Positions 1-10,064 of a DNA stretch of 64,000 bases are shown here, in pieces. The notes under the pieces were generated by a model that worked only from the letters and a program-made list of their open reading frames with translations, searched no databases and was not told the DNA's origin. The position numbers were made by a program, and so were the translations under genes. This DNA is from Flavobacteriales bacterium. GTDB lineage: Bacteria > Bacteroidota > Bacteroidia > Flavobacteriales_D > Sanyastnellaceae. Positions within the stretch are counted from its first letter, which is position 1; the number at the start of each line of letters is the position of its first letter. Where the stretch lies: positions 41,537 to 105,536 of the forward strand of contig JBIIAO010000005.1 in NCBI GenBank assembly GCA_044239865.1. The letters run 5' to 3'.

Positions 1-2570
1 TCATCAATAATTTCATTTTGATTCGAGTAAATAATGCATGTTCCATATGAATTGTTGAAAGTGGGAAGGGCATTCACGCGAATAATATTTTTAGTTTGAA
101 TGGAAGGGTACAATTCTTCAGTATTCTTTTCATCTTCCGTGAAAACAATGTATTCATTGGGAAGAACAATTCTTCCTTCAGAAGTCAGAGTTTCAAGCTG
201 TCCACCGCTGCTTGAAGAAGCGTTTGCAAGTGAAGTGTTTTTCAAGGATACCGCCTGCGAACCGGTGTTGAAGATTTCGACAAAGTCGAAACCGCCAACA
301 GATGGATTGAATAGAATTTCATTGATTACCAAATTTAAAGGTGAAGCATCTTCTGGATATCCCCATTCGAAGGAAATAGAAGTGCTGTTTCCACTGCAGT
401 CGGAAATTCCTTCAAGGGTGTAGTTCAATACTTCAGTATTGAGCACTTCAGAAGCATGCAGAATAATGAATGTTGAAGGGTTTTCTGTAATGAAATTTTC
501 AACCAAATTTTCTTCTTGAAATAAATTTCCATTTTGGGTAACTGGTTCGTTGAAATGAAGAGTAAGTGAACTGTCTTCAAGTGTTAGAAAGAGCAATTCA
601 GGTTTGCTAACATCGGGCATCAGCGAGTAGACAGAATTCTCATATCCTGGTGAATTTCCAATTTCGTTTTCACATGGTTTCCAATTGTTAAAATTGCTAC
701 AGGGTAAATACGGATTCACTAATTCAAGCGACCATCCGCCATTGGCCTTGAAACTGTTGTTGAACCAATCTATGCCGTATCGTATACTGTCTAAGTGCAT
801 TCCATTCATACTTAGTTTTAACAGCATTCCGGAATTGGTTAATGTTGGAAATGATGGTATAAGAAGTTTGTTCGATACCGAGAGAAAGGAAAGGCTTTCA
901 GTAACATCTCCAAGAACTAAATATTCATTCGGAAGAAGCAAGTGGCTTCCTTCAAAGACACAGCTGTTTATTGATAGGCCATGCAGTTCTAGTGTATGCG
1001 AACTTTTATTAAACACTTCAATAAACTCCGAGGGTATTCCTTGAACTACAGGATCTGGGGCTGCAAGAATTTCTGTGAAAATAAGATCTCCAAATTCAGG
1101 CGTTTTTCCTTGATAGATTTCTATTGAGATGGAGGAGATATTGCCTTCACAATCTGAAAGTGTTGATTGGCTGAGTGTGTAGAATGTTTCGGGTTGAAGG
1201 TTTGAATTGAATGTGATTGTAGCAATGGTGTTCGATTCTGAATAGTGAACACTTGAAATCGTCGCGTTGACACAAGTTATGCTGCTTGAAAGAACGGGGT
1301 CTATGCTTTCATTGAGGGAGAGTGTAACCTGATTGGCTTGATTTAAATTCCAACTGAGTAATTGTGGACCTTCTGTATCGGGCGAACTGCTATAAATGCT
1401 GTTTTCAATGCCTGGAGTTCCTCCAACTGAATTAATAGCAGCCGACCAATTGAATTTCCCATTGCAGATTTTATACGGATTCACTTGCTCAAGACTCCAT
1501 CCGCCGTCGGATTTTTCGCTGCTGTTGTACCACTCGTCTGAATAGGAAACGACATCAATGACATTGTTGCTGAAATCGGTTAATGTCAGGCTGTCTCCAG
1601 AATTGGTTAATGCGGTAAGTGCTGAAATTCCTATTGAATTAGGGAAGAGCGAAGTGTTGTTCGCATCACAAATAATCACATATTCATTCGGATTCAGCAG
1701 ATATGACGAAAGTGTTTTTTCTGTTGTTGAGTTTACCAATTTCCATCCAGTTAATACGAACGGAATAGTATCAGCATTGAAAAGTTCTATGTATTCCGCA
1801 TCGGGTAATCCATTCGAAGGAGTGGGATCTACATAGAGTTCATTGATCACAACCGAACGAACGTTCGGTGTATTTATCACTACAGGTGGAATTTCATTTC
1901 CGAAGTAAATATTATCGAAATAGAATTTTGTTGCGTTGGAAGAAGTATAGATGCAACTCAATCCAAAAAAGTTTGTCTGATTGTACGTGTTGTCGAAAAT
2001 GGAAAATTCTGAAATGAAATTTGTCCCTCCAGATGGGTCAATATTTGCGCTCCAGTTTCCTACATTGTCTCTCAAGACTTGAATGTTTATGTTGAAGGAA
2101 GAAGCTACCAATCCTAATGTCCCTGCTGCAAGCTCGACAATCCCCAAAGGGCCGTCGTCGCGGAAGAATTTAATGGCATCGCTTGAACCACCTTCACCCA
2201 GCTTGAGAAAATATCCAGTTGTATTCGATCCCGAAGTGGAATTGACAAAGGATAAGTTGGATTCATTTGCAACTAGGTAAATTCTGCTGTTGTTGTTTTC
2301 GCTTCCTGCAAAAGTTTGTTTCACTTTAATACGCCATTCCTTGTTGTCAATGGTGGAGTTTGTTGTTTGTGCAGAGAGATAGCTCTGTCCACCGGTTGTG
2401 TTGAACAACTGCAGTTCTTGATTGGCGTTCACGACGAATACATCAGTGGAGCCGCTCCATGTGGGATTCATGTTGAAGTTGCCGTCGCTGAAATTATCGT
2501 TGATTTGACAGGGTAAAGGCGAGCACGAAGAAAGTGCAAACGCTAATGAGAGTAATTTTTTGTAGTGCAT
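1..2570 (-). CDS. Secreted multi-lamin-tail-domain (LTD) protein; N-terminus complete, C-terminus runs off the left window edge
   Basis: Absent from the supplied ORF track because it has no stop in the window. The reverse complement from ATG at 2570-2568 reads open to position 1. It starts with a signal peptide (MHYKKLLSLAFALSS...). Three LTD-like modules follow (VVINELYVDPTPSNGLPDAEYIELFN; LIFTEILAAPDPVVQGIPSEFIEVFN; LVINEILFNPSVGGFDFVEIFN). The first two are each followed by GGWSLE(Q/L)VNP. I checked the frame at two internal points. The + strand ORFs here are short shadows. Confidence 0.8.
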   Translation of the reverse strand, partial: MHYKKLLSLAFALSSCSPLPCQINDNFSDGNFNMNPTWSGSTDVFVVNANQELQLFNTTGGQSYLSAQTTNSTIDNKEWRIKVKQTFAGSENNNSRIYLVANESNLSFVNSTSGSNTTGYFLKLGEGGSSDAIKFFRDDGPLGIVELAAGTLGLVASSFNINIQVLRDNVGNWSANIDPSGGTNFISEFSIFDNTYNQTNFFGLSCIYTSSNATKFYFDNIYFGNEIPPVVINTPNVRSVVINELYVDPTPSNGLPDAEYIELFNADTIPFVLTGWKLVNSTTEKTLSSYLLNPNEYVIICDANNTSLFPNSIGISALTALTNSGDSLTLTDFSNNVIDVVSYSDEWYNSSEKSDGGWSLEQVNPYKICNGKFNWSAAINSVGGTPGIENSIYSSSPDTEGPQLLSWNLNQANQVTLSLNESIDPVLSSSITCVNATISSVHYSESNTIATITFNSNLQPETFYTLSQSTLSDCEGNISSISIEIYQGKTPEFGDLIFTEILAAPDPVVQGIPSEFIEVFNKSSHTLELHGLSINSCVFEGSHLLLPNEYLVLGDVTESLSFLSVSNKLLIPSFPTLTNSGMLLKLSMNGMHLDSIRYGIDWFNNSFKANGGWSLELVNPYLPCSNFNNWKPCENEIGNSPGYENSVYSLMPDVSKPELLFLTLEDSSLTLHFNEPVTQNGNLFQEENLVENFITENPSTFIILHASEVLNTEVLNYTLEGISDCSGNSTSISFEWGYPEDASPLNLVINEILFNPSVGGFDFVEIFNTGSQAVSLKNTSLANASSSSGGQLETLTSEGRIVLPNEYIVFTEDEKNTEELYPSIQTKNIIRVNALPTFNNSYGTCIIYSNQNEIID

Positions 2571-2639
2571 GAGAAATGTTTTGTAATTATTCTTTCGAAA
2601 CTAAAAAGCACAAGTAGTAATTTCGTGAAAAAGATATGT

Positions 2640-3632
2640 ATGCGAATTGCAGTTGTAGGTGCTACCGGATTGGTTGGAAAAAAGATGCTTCAAATTCTTG
2701 AAGAACGTAAATTTCCGTTCGATGAAATCATTCCCGTTGCATCTGAAAAGAGTGTGGGACAGATTGTCTCTTGTTGCGGAAAAGATTGGACAGTTGTTTC
2801 CTTAACCACTGCTGTAGCAGCTTCTCCGGATATTGCCTTGTTTTCAGCAGGCGGAGAAACAAGTTTAGAGTGGGCACCGAAGTTTGCGGAAACAGGATGT
2901 GTAGTCATAGACAACAGCAGTGCTTGGAGAATGAGCGAAGGAGTGCCATTGGTGGTTCCAGAGATCAACGCAAGCAGCATAAATGCGCATAACAAGATTA
3001 TCGCAAATCCGAACTGCAGCACCATTCAAATGGTTATGGTGTTGAAGCCGCTTCACGACTTATATAGAATCAAACGAGTTGTAGTTTCAACTTACCAAAG
3101 TGTTACAGGAACCGGAAAGGTTGCTGTCGATCAATTGATGAACGAACGCGTAGGGAAGGAAGGTGAAAGGGCCTATGCGCACACGATAGATATGAATCTC
3201 ATTCCGCAGATAGATGTGTTCCAGTCAAACGGATACACGAAGGAAGAGATGAAGATGATTCTCGAGACCAAGAAGATTATGGAAGACAATTCCATTGCAG
3301 TAACCGCTACCGCGGTTAGAGTTCCGGTTATGGGCGGACATTCAGAATCTGTAAACATAGAATTCGAAAATGCTCCAGATATTACTCAAGTGAAAGAGGT
3401 TCTTAGTGCCTTCCCAGGAATCGAAGTGGTAGATAATATTGAACAAAAACTTTATCCGATGCCTCTCATCCATGCTGCGGAAAGTGATCAAGTTTTTGTT
3501 GGACGCATTCGCCTCGACGAGTCTCAGGCTAATACGTTGAATTGCTGGATTGTTAGCGACAATCTTCGCAAAGGCGCTGCTACTAATGCAGTTCAGATTG
3601 GAGAATACTTGGTTGCGAAGAAGTTGGTGTAG
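2640..3632 (+). CDS. asd: Aspartate-semialdehyde dehydrogenase
   Basis: MRIAVVGATGLVGKKM Rossmann N-terminus, the active-site context IANPNCSTIQ, and typical length. I moved the start to the ATG at 2640, because the track start at 2565 adds a non-homologous extension. Confidence 0.93.
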   Translation: MRIAVVGATGLVGKKMLQILEERKFPFDEIIPVASEKSVGQIVSCCGKDWTVVSLTTAVAASPDIALFSAGGETSLEWAPKFAETGCVVIDNSSAWRMSEGVPLVVPEINASSINAHNKIIANPNCSTIQMVMVLKPLHDLYRIKRVVVSTYQSVTGTGKVAVDQLMNERVGKEGERAYAHTIDMNLIPQIDVFQSNGYTKEEMKMILETKKIMEDNSIAVTATAVRVPVMGGHSESVNIEFENAPDITQVKEVLSAFPGIEVVDNIEQKLYPMPLIHAAESDQVFVGRIRLDESQANTLNCWIVSDNLRKGAATNAVQIGEYLVAKKLV

Positions 3633-3637
3633 AAGTT

Positions 3638-3985
3638 TTAGCCTTCCATTTCAACACTAACGCTTTCCACTTGGTGACCCATTGGAGCGTTAATTTTCGT
3701 CAATCGAATTCCAACCGAATGAGCATTCGGGAAGCGCACTTTCATGGCCGTGTGCATGCGAACCAAAACCGTTTCAATCAACTTGGCTCTTACTTTCATT
3801 TCAGCGTAAACCAATTCTTTTACTGCAACGTAGTCTATCGTTTTTTCTAAATCATCGGTTTCAGCCGACACTTCGAAAGCACCTTCAATCCACACATCTA
3901 CACGGTAATCGCCTCCTATCACTTCCTCTTCCTTCCAGCATCCGTGGTGTGCACGAACCTGAATGTTGTTCAATTGAATTTTCAT
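3638..3985 (-). CDS. folB: Dihydroneopterin aldolase
   Basis: 115 aa. The N-terminus (IQLNNIQVRAHHGCWKEEEVIGGDYRVDVWI) and the DDLEKTIDYVAV segment are typical of FolB. Confidence 0.85.
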   Translation of the reverse strand: MKIQLNNIQVRAHHGCWKEEEVIGGDYRVDVWIEGAFEVSAETDDLEKTIDYVAVKELVYAEMKVRAKLIETVLVRMHTAMKVRFPNAHSVGIRLTKINAPMGHQVESVSVEMEG

Positions 3986-3986
3986 T

Positions 3987-5510
3987 TTATCCTAAAGTGT
4001 CAATGCATTTTTGAATGCGTGGTAAAACGAATTCTTTTCCAACCAACGCAGCAACATGCGATGCGCCCGGTCCTGTAAGCACTCCTGTTAATGCAAGTCT
4101 GAACAATGGCATTACAGCGCCCATTCCTAAACTGTTGTCTGCTAAGAATTGTTTCATAGCAGCGTCAATGGATTCAACTGTGAAAGGCTCAAGTGTTTCT
4201 AAAACAGCTGACCATTTTTGAAGGATAGGGCCAGACTCACCCACTTTCCATTTCTTCGAAACAGCATCTTCGTCGTAAGAAGTTGGATCTACAAATAAGT
4301 ATTCGCCGTCCAATAAATCTTTTGGAAACACTGCGCGCTCGAGCATAAGCTCAATCACGCCTTCAACATATTCAGAACATACATCATATCCGCGTTTTTG
4401 AATGTCAGGCATAATCATTTCCGCTAGTTCAGCACGAGGCGTGTTGCGCATGTATTGTTGATTGAACCACTTCGTTTTTTCCGGATCGAATTTCGAACCA
4501 GATTTTCCAACGCGTTCTATGGTGAAGGCTTCAACCATTTCATCTATTGTGAAAATTTCTTGGTTGTTGCTAGGTGCCCATCCTAATAAAAGCAACATGT
4601 TAATGAAGGCTTTCGGAAGGTATCCGCTTTCGCGATATCCGCTTGAAATATTTCCGGTTTCAGGATCTGTCCATTGCAAAGGGAATACAGGAAATCCTAA
4701 ACGATCTCCGTCACGCTTGCTCAATTTCCCATTTCCATCGGGTTTTAAAATCAACGGCAAATGCGCGAACAAAGGCGCTTCCCATTCGAAAGCTCTGTAC
4801 ATCATTACGTGCAACGGTGCAGATGGCAACCACTCTTCCCCACGAATCACGTGGCTAATTTCCATGGTGTGATCGTCTACGATATTCGCCAAGTGATACG
4901 TTGGCATTCCGTCTGACTTGTAAAGTACTTTGTCGTCGAGTTCGTTCGTAGAGAACACCACCCATCCGCGAATGATATCTTGAAAACGAACTTCTTCGTT
5001 TCTTGGCATCTTGAAACGCACAACGAACGGTTCTCCTTTTTCCAATCGAGCCGCAACGTCATCAGCAGGAAGGGTCAATGAGTTCTTCAAGGTCATGCGC
5101 GAAATACTGTTGTATTGCCAGTTCGGCATCTTCGCCAATTCGGCTTGTTTACGAATGTTGTCTAATTCTTCTGGAGTATCGAATGCGTAGTATGCCCAAC
5201 CTTTTTCAATCAATTCCACCGCATACGCTTTGTACATCGGCTTTCTTTCGCTCTGACGATAAGGCTCGTGCTTTCCGCCATAGCCAACACCTTCGGTGGG
5301 TTCAATGCCGCACCATTTCAATGAATCTAAAATGTATTGTTCAGCGCCCGGAACGTAACGCGTTTGGTCGGTGTCTTCAATACGAATGATAAAATCTCCG
5401 CCGTGTTTCTTAGCGAAAAGATAGTTGTATAATGCTGTGCGAACTCCACCCATGTGCAAAGGGCCTGTTGGACTTGGAGCGAAACGAACACGAACTCTTG
5501 GTGATGTCAT
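3987..5510 (-). CDS. gltX: Glutamate--tRNA ligase
   Basis: Class I HIGH-type motif (RFAPSPTGPLHMGGVRTAL) and KMSKS-type motif (KLSKRDG), 507 aa. Confidence 0.96.
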   Translation of the reverse strand: MTSPRVRVRFAPSPTGPLHMGGVRTALYNYLFAKKHGGDFIIRIEDTDQTRYVPGAEQYILDSLKWCGIEPTEGVGYGGKHEPYRQSERKPMYKAYAVELIEKGWAYYAFDTPEELDNIRKQAELAKMPNWQYNSISRMTLKNSLTLPADDVAARLEKGEPFVVRFKMPRNEEVRFQDIIRGWVVFSTNELDDKVLYKSDGMPTYHLANIVDDHTMEISHVIRGEEWLPSAPLHVMMYRAFEWEAPLFAHLPLILKPDGNGKLSKRDGDRLGFPVFPLQWTDPETGNISSGYRESGYLPKAFINMLLLLGWAPSNNQEIFTIDEMVEAFTIERVGKSGSKFDPEKTKWFNQQYMRNTPRAELAEMIMPDIQKRGYDVCSEYVEGVIELMLERAVFPKDLLDGEYLFVDPTSYDEDAVSKKWKVGESGPILQKWSAVLETLEPFTVESIDAAMKQFLADNSLGMGAVMPLFRLALTGVLTGPGASHVAALVGKEFVLPRIQKCIDTLG

Positions 5511-5529
5511 AATAGTTTTTGAAAGTGTG

Positions 5530-5537
5530 CAAATTTA
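5530..5537 (-). promoter_or_regulatory. Candidate Bacteroidota -7 promoter box (TAAATTTG) for gltX
   Basis: The minus strand reads TAAATTTG, matching TAnnTTTG, 19 nt upstream of the gltX ATG at 5510. Confidence 0.4.
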
Positions 5538-5555
5538 CGATAATAGTTTGCTTGA

Positions 5556-8500
5556 TTACAATTTAGAACCTTCGGCTAGCGCGTTAAGCAGACGATTAGC
5601 TTTATCCATGTTTGGTACTTCTGGAAAGGCAATGCGAAGGGTGTCATCTTTCTCGTACATTTTTCCAGCAACTGGATTGAGTTTAATGAAGTTTAAAATG
5701 CGCGTGAATGCTTCGCTTTGGTAGAACGGTGAGTCTTGTTTCGAAATGAAATAACCGATCATCTTTCCACTCTTCAACACCAGTTTTTCGAAGCCAATCT
5801 CTCTTGCTTTCCAACGCAAGCGCATGGTGTCTATGAGTTGAATAACGGGCTTCGGAATAGGACCGAATCTGTCTTCGAGATCTTTTGAGAATTTTTGAAT
5901 TTCTTCTTCCTTCTCCATATCGTCGAGCGCTTTGTACAATGCAATTCGTTCAGAAATATTTCCAACATACTCATCGGGAATCAACAATTCGAAGTCGGTT
6001 TCAAGAACAGTTTCTTTCACGAACGAAGCGGTCTTCTTCATTTCCTCTTCGTACAATTCTTGGAAGTGCTCTTGCTTCAATTCTTGAAGTGCTTCATCTA
6101 AAATTTTCTGATACGTCTCGAATCCCAATTCATTGATGAATCCGCTTTGTTCACCACCTAACAAATTACCTGCGCCTCGAATGTCTAAGTCGCGCATAGC
6201 AATATGCATTCCCGATCCGAGATCCGAGAACTGCTCAATGGCTGTTAAGCGTTTCTTCGCATCGTCTGTGAGCATGTGAGTAGGGGGACTTAACAAATAA
6301 CAAAACGCTTGCTTGTTGTTTCGTCCTACGCGTCCGCGCAATTGGTGAAGATCGCTCATTCCAAAATGATGCGCATCGTTAATGATAATCGTATTTGCAT
6401 TTGGAATGTCAATTCCACTTTCAACAATGGAAGTGGAAACCAACACGTCGAATTCTCCTTCAATAAATTTGTTCATCACCTCTTCCAAGTCTTCTCCGCT
6501 CAGCTGTCCGTGGCCTATGCCAATGCGAACATCTGGACAAACGCGTTGAATTAATCCGGCCATTTCGCGTAGGTTCTGAACGCGGTTGTGCACGAAGAAA
6601 ACTTGACCACCTCGTTGCACTTCGTAGCTAATGGCATCGCGAACAATTTCTTCTCCGAAAGGAATTAATTCTGTGCGAATAGGAACGCGATTTGGCGGTG
6701 CTGTTTGAATGATACTCAAGTCGCGCGCACCCATGAGTGAAAACTGCAAGGTGCGTGGAATAGGCGTGGCAGTAAGCGTTAAGGCATCTACATTCGCGCG
6801 AAGCAATTTCAATTTGTCTTTTGCCGCTACTCCGAATTTCTGTTCTTCGTCAATGATCATTAAACCAAGATCGTTGAAGACCACGCGTTTTCCGAGGATG
6901 GCGTGGGTGCCAATAAGGATGTCGACTTTTCCATTTTTAACACGTTCTAATGTCTCCGAATTTTGCTTCGCTGTTTTGAAACGATTGATGTATTCAATGG
7001 TAACAGGAAAATCTTTTAAACGCGATCTGAAACTCTTGTAATGTTGAATGGAAAGAATGGTTGTTGGAACAAGCACGGCAACTTGTTTTCCGTCTGCAAC
7101 GGCTTTGCACGCCGCGCGAATAGCAATCTCTGTTTTTCCGAAACCAACATCGCCGCAGACCAATCTATCCATAGGAAATGCCGCTTCCATATCTTCCTTC
7201 ACCGCAACAGAAGCTTTGTATTGATCGGGAGTGTCTTCATACATGAACGACGCTTCCAATTCGGTTTGCATGTAGGTGTCGGGTTGAAAGGCGAATCCTT
7301 TAGTCGACTTTCGTTTCGCATAAAGCTTAATTAAGTCGAAGGCGATTTCTTTCACCTTCGTTTTCGTTTTACGCTTTAAGTTTTGCCAAGCATTGCTTCC
7401 GAGTTTATCCATTGTTGGAGCTGTTCCTTCCTTCCCTGAGAACTTGCTAATTCGGTGCAACGAGTGAATGCTCACATATAAAATATCTCCGCCTTTGTAG
7501 GTTAGACGAATGGCCTCTTGTTCTTTTCCATTTACATCAATCTTTTGTAACCCACTGAATTGGCCTACTCCGTGATCAATGTGCACAACAAAGTCTCCCG
7601 GTTGAAGCGCAAGAATTTCTTTCAGCGTTAATGCTTCTTTGTTTTTCTTGAATCCTTCTTTCAGTTTGAAGCGATGGTAACGTTGAAAGATTTGATGGTC
7701 GGTGTAGTACAGAATTTTTTTATTCTGATCTATAAACCCTTCGCTTATTTCTAGAATCTCTTGAACGTATGCGATGTCTTTTTTCTTGTCTTGAAATATT
7801 TGGTCAAGTCGTTCCAGCTGCTTCGATTGTCCAGCTACTATGTGTGCTTTGTATCCTTGCTGAATGAGGTTTTCAAGATGCTCCGCAAGCATTTCGAAAT
7901 TTTTGTTGAAGGAGGGTTGAGGCGTGCAATGAAACTCTTCTGTTTCACCTAAGAATTGTCGTTTACTTCCGAATTCAATGACACGCTTGTTTTCCAGTTG
8001 CTTCAACCATTCATGTTTTGAAGTGAAAAGAGCATCTGGTTTTTCGTGTGAAATGTTATCTGAAAGTCGGTTGAATCGTTCTTCTGCCTTTTCCATTTCA
8101 GCTTGAAATTGCGCGAGAGAAGATTCAGTGTTATTCATCCAAACTACGGTATTCGATGGAAGGAAATCGAGCAATCCAATTCGCACTTCTTCAGAGTGTT
8201 TTGAATGCGTATTCGGAACGATAATAGCTTTCGTCATTTTGTTTACCGAAAGCTGTGTAGCCGGATCGAAGTTTCGAATACTCTCTACTTCTTCATCGAA
8301 GAATTCAATGCGGTAGGGATATTCATAACTGAATGAAAACACATCGACAATGCCTCCTCGAACGGCGTATTGTCCAGGCTCATAAACGTAGTCAACTTTT
8401 TCAAATTGAAATTCAATGAATGCTTCGTCAATGAAATCCATAGAATATGATTGCCCTACATCAATGCTGAACGTGTTTTTTTCGAGTTCGTGCTGTGTAA

Positions 8501-8912
8501 CAACTTTTTCAAACAGCGCTTCAGGGTATGAAACGATAATATAGTTTTTTCTATTCTTCTGAAGTTTATTCAGCACCTCTGTTCGAATAGCAATGTTTGC
8601 GTTTTGAGTGGTTTCAACATCGTACGCAAGTCTTGCTGTGCGTGGAAAAAAGAGTGCCGGAGTTTTTTCTTGTTCTTTTTCATCGGATCCAATTTCAAGA
8701 ATGGATTCAAGGTCATTGAGGAAGTATGCGGCCTTTTCTTTGTCATCGAGCACCACCAATTGGGTAACTGGCGAGGAGCTGTAAAATCCGCTGCAAATAA
8801 AAGCCGGAGCGCTTCCGGCAAGTCCCTTCAAATGGAGCTTGCTTTTGTCGTCAGCAATTTTGCGTTCTATCGATGCTATTTCTTTTTCCCAAATGGAAAG
8901 ACGTGGTTTCAT
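5556..8912 (-). CDS. mfd: Transcription-repair coupling factor
   Basis: 1118 aa. It has the CarD-like segment (GDFVVHIDHGVGQF), helicase motif I (DVGFGKTE), a DEEQ box (IIDEEQKFG) and the C-terminal TRCF domain. Confidence 0.96.
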   Translation of the reverse strand: MKPRLSIWEKEIASIERKIADDKSKLHLKGLAGSAPAFICSGFYSSSPVTQLVVLDDKEKAAYFLNDLESILEIGSDEKEQEKTPALFFPRTARLAYDVETTQNANIAIRTEVLNKLQKNRKNYIIVSYPEALFEKVVTQHELEKNTFSIDVGQSYSMDFIDEAFIEFQFEKVDYVYEPGQYAVRGGIVDVFSFSYEYPYRIEFFDEEVESIRNFDPATQLSVNKMTKAIIVPNTHSKHSEEVRIGLLDFLPSNTVVWMNNTESSLAQFQAEMEKAEERFNRLSDNISHEKPDALFTSKHEWLKQLENKRVIEFGSKRQFLGETEEFHCTPQPSFNKNFEMLAEHLENLIQQGYKAHIVAGQSKQLERLDQIFQDKKKDIAYVQEILEISEGFIDQNKKILYYTDHQIFQRYHRFKLKEGFKKNKEALTLKEILALQPGDFVVHIDHGVGQFSGLQKIDVNGKEQEAIRLTYKGGDILYVSIHSLHRISKFSGKEGTAPTMDKLGSNAWQNLKRKTKTKVKEIAFDLIKLYAKRKSTKGFAFQPDTYMQTELEASFMYEDTPDQYKASVAVKEDMEAAFPMDRLVCGDVGFGKTEIAIRAACKAVADGKQVAVLVPTTILSIQHYKSFRSRLKDFPVTIEYINRFKTAKQNSETLERVKNGKVDILIGTHAILGKRVVFNDLGLMIIDEEQKFGVAAKDKLKLLRANVDALTLTATPIPRTLQFSLMGARDLSIIQTAPPNRVPIRTELIPFGEEIVRDAISYEVQRGGQVFFVHNRVQNLREMAGLIQRVCPDVRIGIGHGQLSGEDLEEVMNKFIEGEFDVLVSTSIVESGIDIPNANTIIINDAHHFGMSDLHQLRGRVGRNNKQAFCYLLSPPTHMLTDDAKKRLTAIEQFSDLGSGMHIAMRDLDIRGAGNLLGGEQSGFINELGFETYQKILDEALQELKQEHFQELYEEEMKKTASFVKETVLETDFELLIPDEYVGNISERIALYKALDDMEKEEEIQKFSKDLEDRFGPIPKPVIQLIDTMRLRWKAREIGFEKLVLKSGKMIGYFISKQDSPFYQSEAFTRILNFIKLNPVAGKMYEKDDTLRIAFPEVPNMDKANRLLNALAEGSKL

Positions 8913-9002
8913 GCGTGCTTCATCAAACGAGTAAACCCCAAGATTGATTTCTCGGGGAATTTTGTTTCAACAAAAATAGAGGATGAACGGCGCTACAAAA
9001 AG

Positions 9003-10046
9003 TTAATTCGCTTTTTTAATGGTGAAGCCAAAGGTGCTTCCCACCTCTTCGGTACTTCTAACGCTCATGGTTTGTTGGTGGCTTTCAATAATGTGCTTGC
9101 AAATCGCTAAACCCAATCCAGAGCCGCCTTCGTGGCGAGATCGGCTTTTATCAACGCGGTAAAAACGTTCGAATAATCGGGCTAAATGTTCTTTAGCAAT
9201 TCCAATTCCGTTGTCTGCCACTTCAACAAGAATATTGTCGTTCATATCGTAAAAACGAATGCGTGTCTCGCCTCCTTCGTTGCCGTAATTCACGCTGTTC
9301 ACGATTAGGTTGATAAGCACTTGCTCAATTTTATTTCTGTCGGCCTGTACCCACAATTCGCTGAAAGGACCGTCCTTCACGAAAAGATTTACCTTTTTTT
9401 CTGAAGCGAATTTTTCAAGGGAATCACAGACTTCATGTGCGAGTTGGAGAATATCGAACTTCACAATTTTTAACAGGACTGCACCACTTTCGAGTTGAGA
9501 AATTTCGTCTAAGTCAGCGACTAAATGCTCTAATCTTTCGCAGCTAGAGATTGCTCGGTCGAGAAATTTCCGACGAAGCTCTGAATCCATATCGTCGTTT
9601 TCCGCAAGGGTATCTAAATATCCTTGAATATTGAAAATGGGAGTTTTTAACTCATGAGCAAGGTTACCAACGAATTCTTTCCGAAAGTTATCTGTCTTTT
9701 GAAGGTCTTTAATTTTCTCAATTTTTTCTTCTGCCCAATGCGCAACATCCTGATTAACCTCTGCCAAGATATCTGTACTCATTTCCAACCCTTTTTTTTC
9801 AGCTTGTGTTTTAAAGGAATGAATGGTTTTGTATATCAGTTTTACTTTGCTATAGAGGAATCTTTCTATAAATGTGTAAACCACGAAATACGTGATAGAC
9901 ATACCAAGTGCGATGAATAGAAGGAGTAATTCAATTTCGAAATCGCGCTCAAGAAAATAGACCAGAAGAAAGTAAACCGTTGCCAGAGGCAATACAACGA
10001 AAAGCGCAGAACCTAGCGCGACTTGTTTTGGAGTTCGAATATTCAC
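9003..10046 (-). CDS. Sensor histidine kinase (PhoR-like, HisKA + HATPase_c)
   Basis: Two N-terminal TM helices, an H-box (LAHELKTPI), an N-box (LINLIVNSVNY), and G-boxes (DNGIGI, GGSGLGLAI). Confidence 0.9.
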   Translation of the reverse strand: MNIRTPKQVALGSALFVVLPLATVYFLLVYFLERDFEIELLLLFIALGMSITYFVVYTFIERFLYSKVKLIYKTIHSFKTQAEKKGLEMSTDILAEVNQDVAHWAEEKIEKIKDLQKTDNFRKEFVGNLAHELKTPIFNIQGYLDTLAENDDMDSELRRKFLDRAISSCERLEHLVADLDEISQLESGAVLLKIVKFDILQLAHEVCDSLEKFASEKKVNLFVKDGPFSELWVQADRNKIEQVLINLIVNSVNYGNEGGETRIRFYDMNDNILVEVADNGIGIAKEHLARLFERFYRVDKSRSRHEGGSGLGLAICKHIIESHQQTMSVRSTEEVGSTFGFTIKKAN

Positions 10047-10064
10047 AATTCGAATTTATGACAT

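Noticed and set aside
100-2516. Six short + strand track ORFs at the left end
   Set aside because: They are shadows of the long minus-strand LTD gene, which gives a coherent, domain-containing translation across the whole interval.
2565-2639. N-terminal extensions in the ORF track (also 10743-10874, 18418-18447, 28966-28992, 37401-37409, 43275-43298, 44461-44511, 62978-63004)
   Set aside because: The extensions use alternative start codons, add non-homologous residues ahead of clear canonical N-termini or signal peptides, and often run over promoter motifs or upstream stop codons.
8925-8960. Weak hairpin (CCCCAAG...CTCGGGG) between the histidine kinase stop and the mfd start
   Set aside because: The stem is only 6 of 7 bp with a large loop and a poor T-tract. 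This is not enough to call a terminator.
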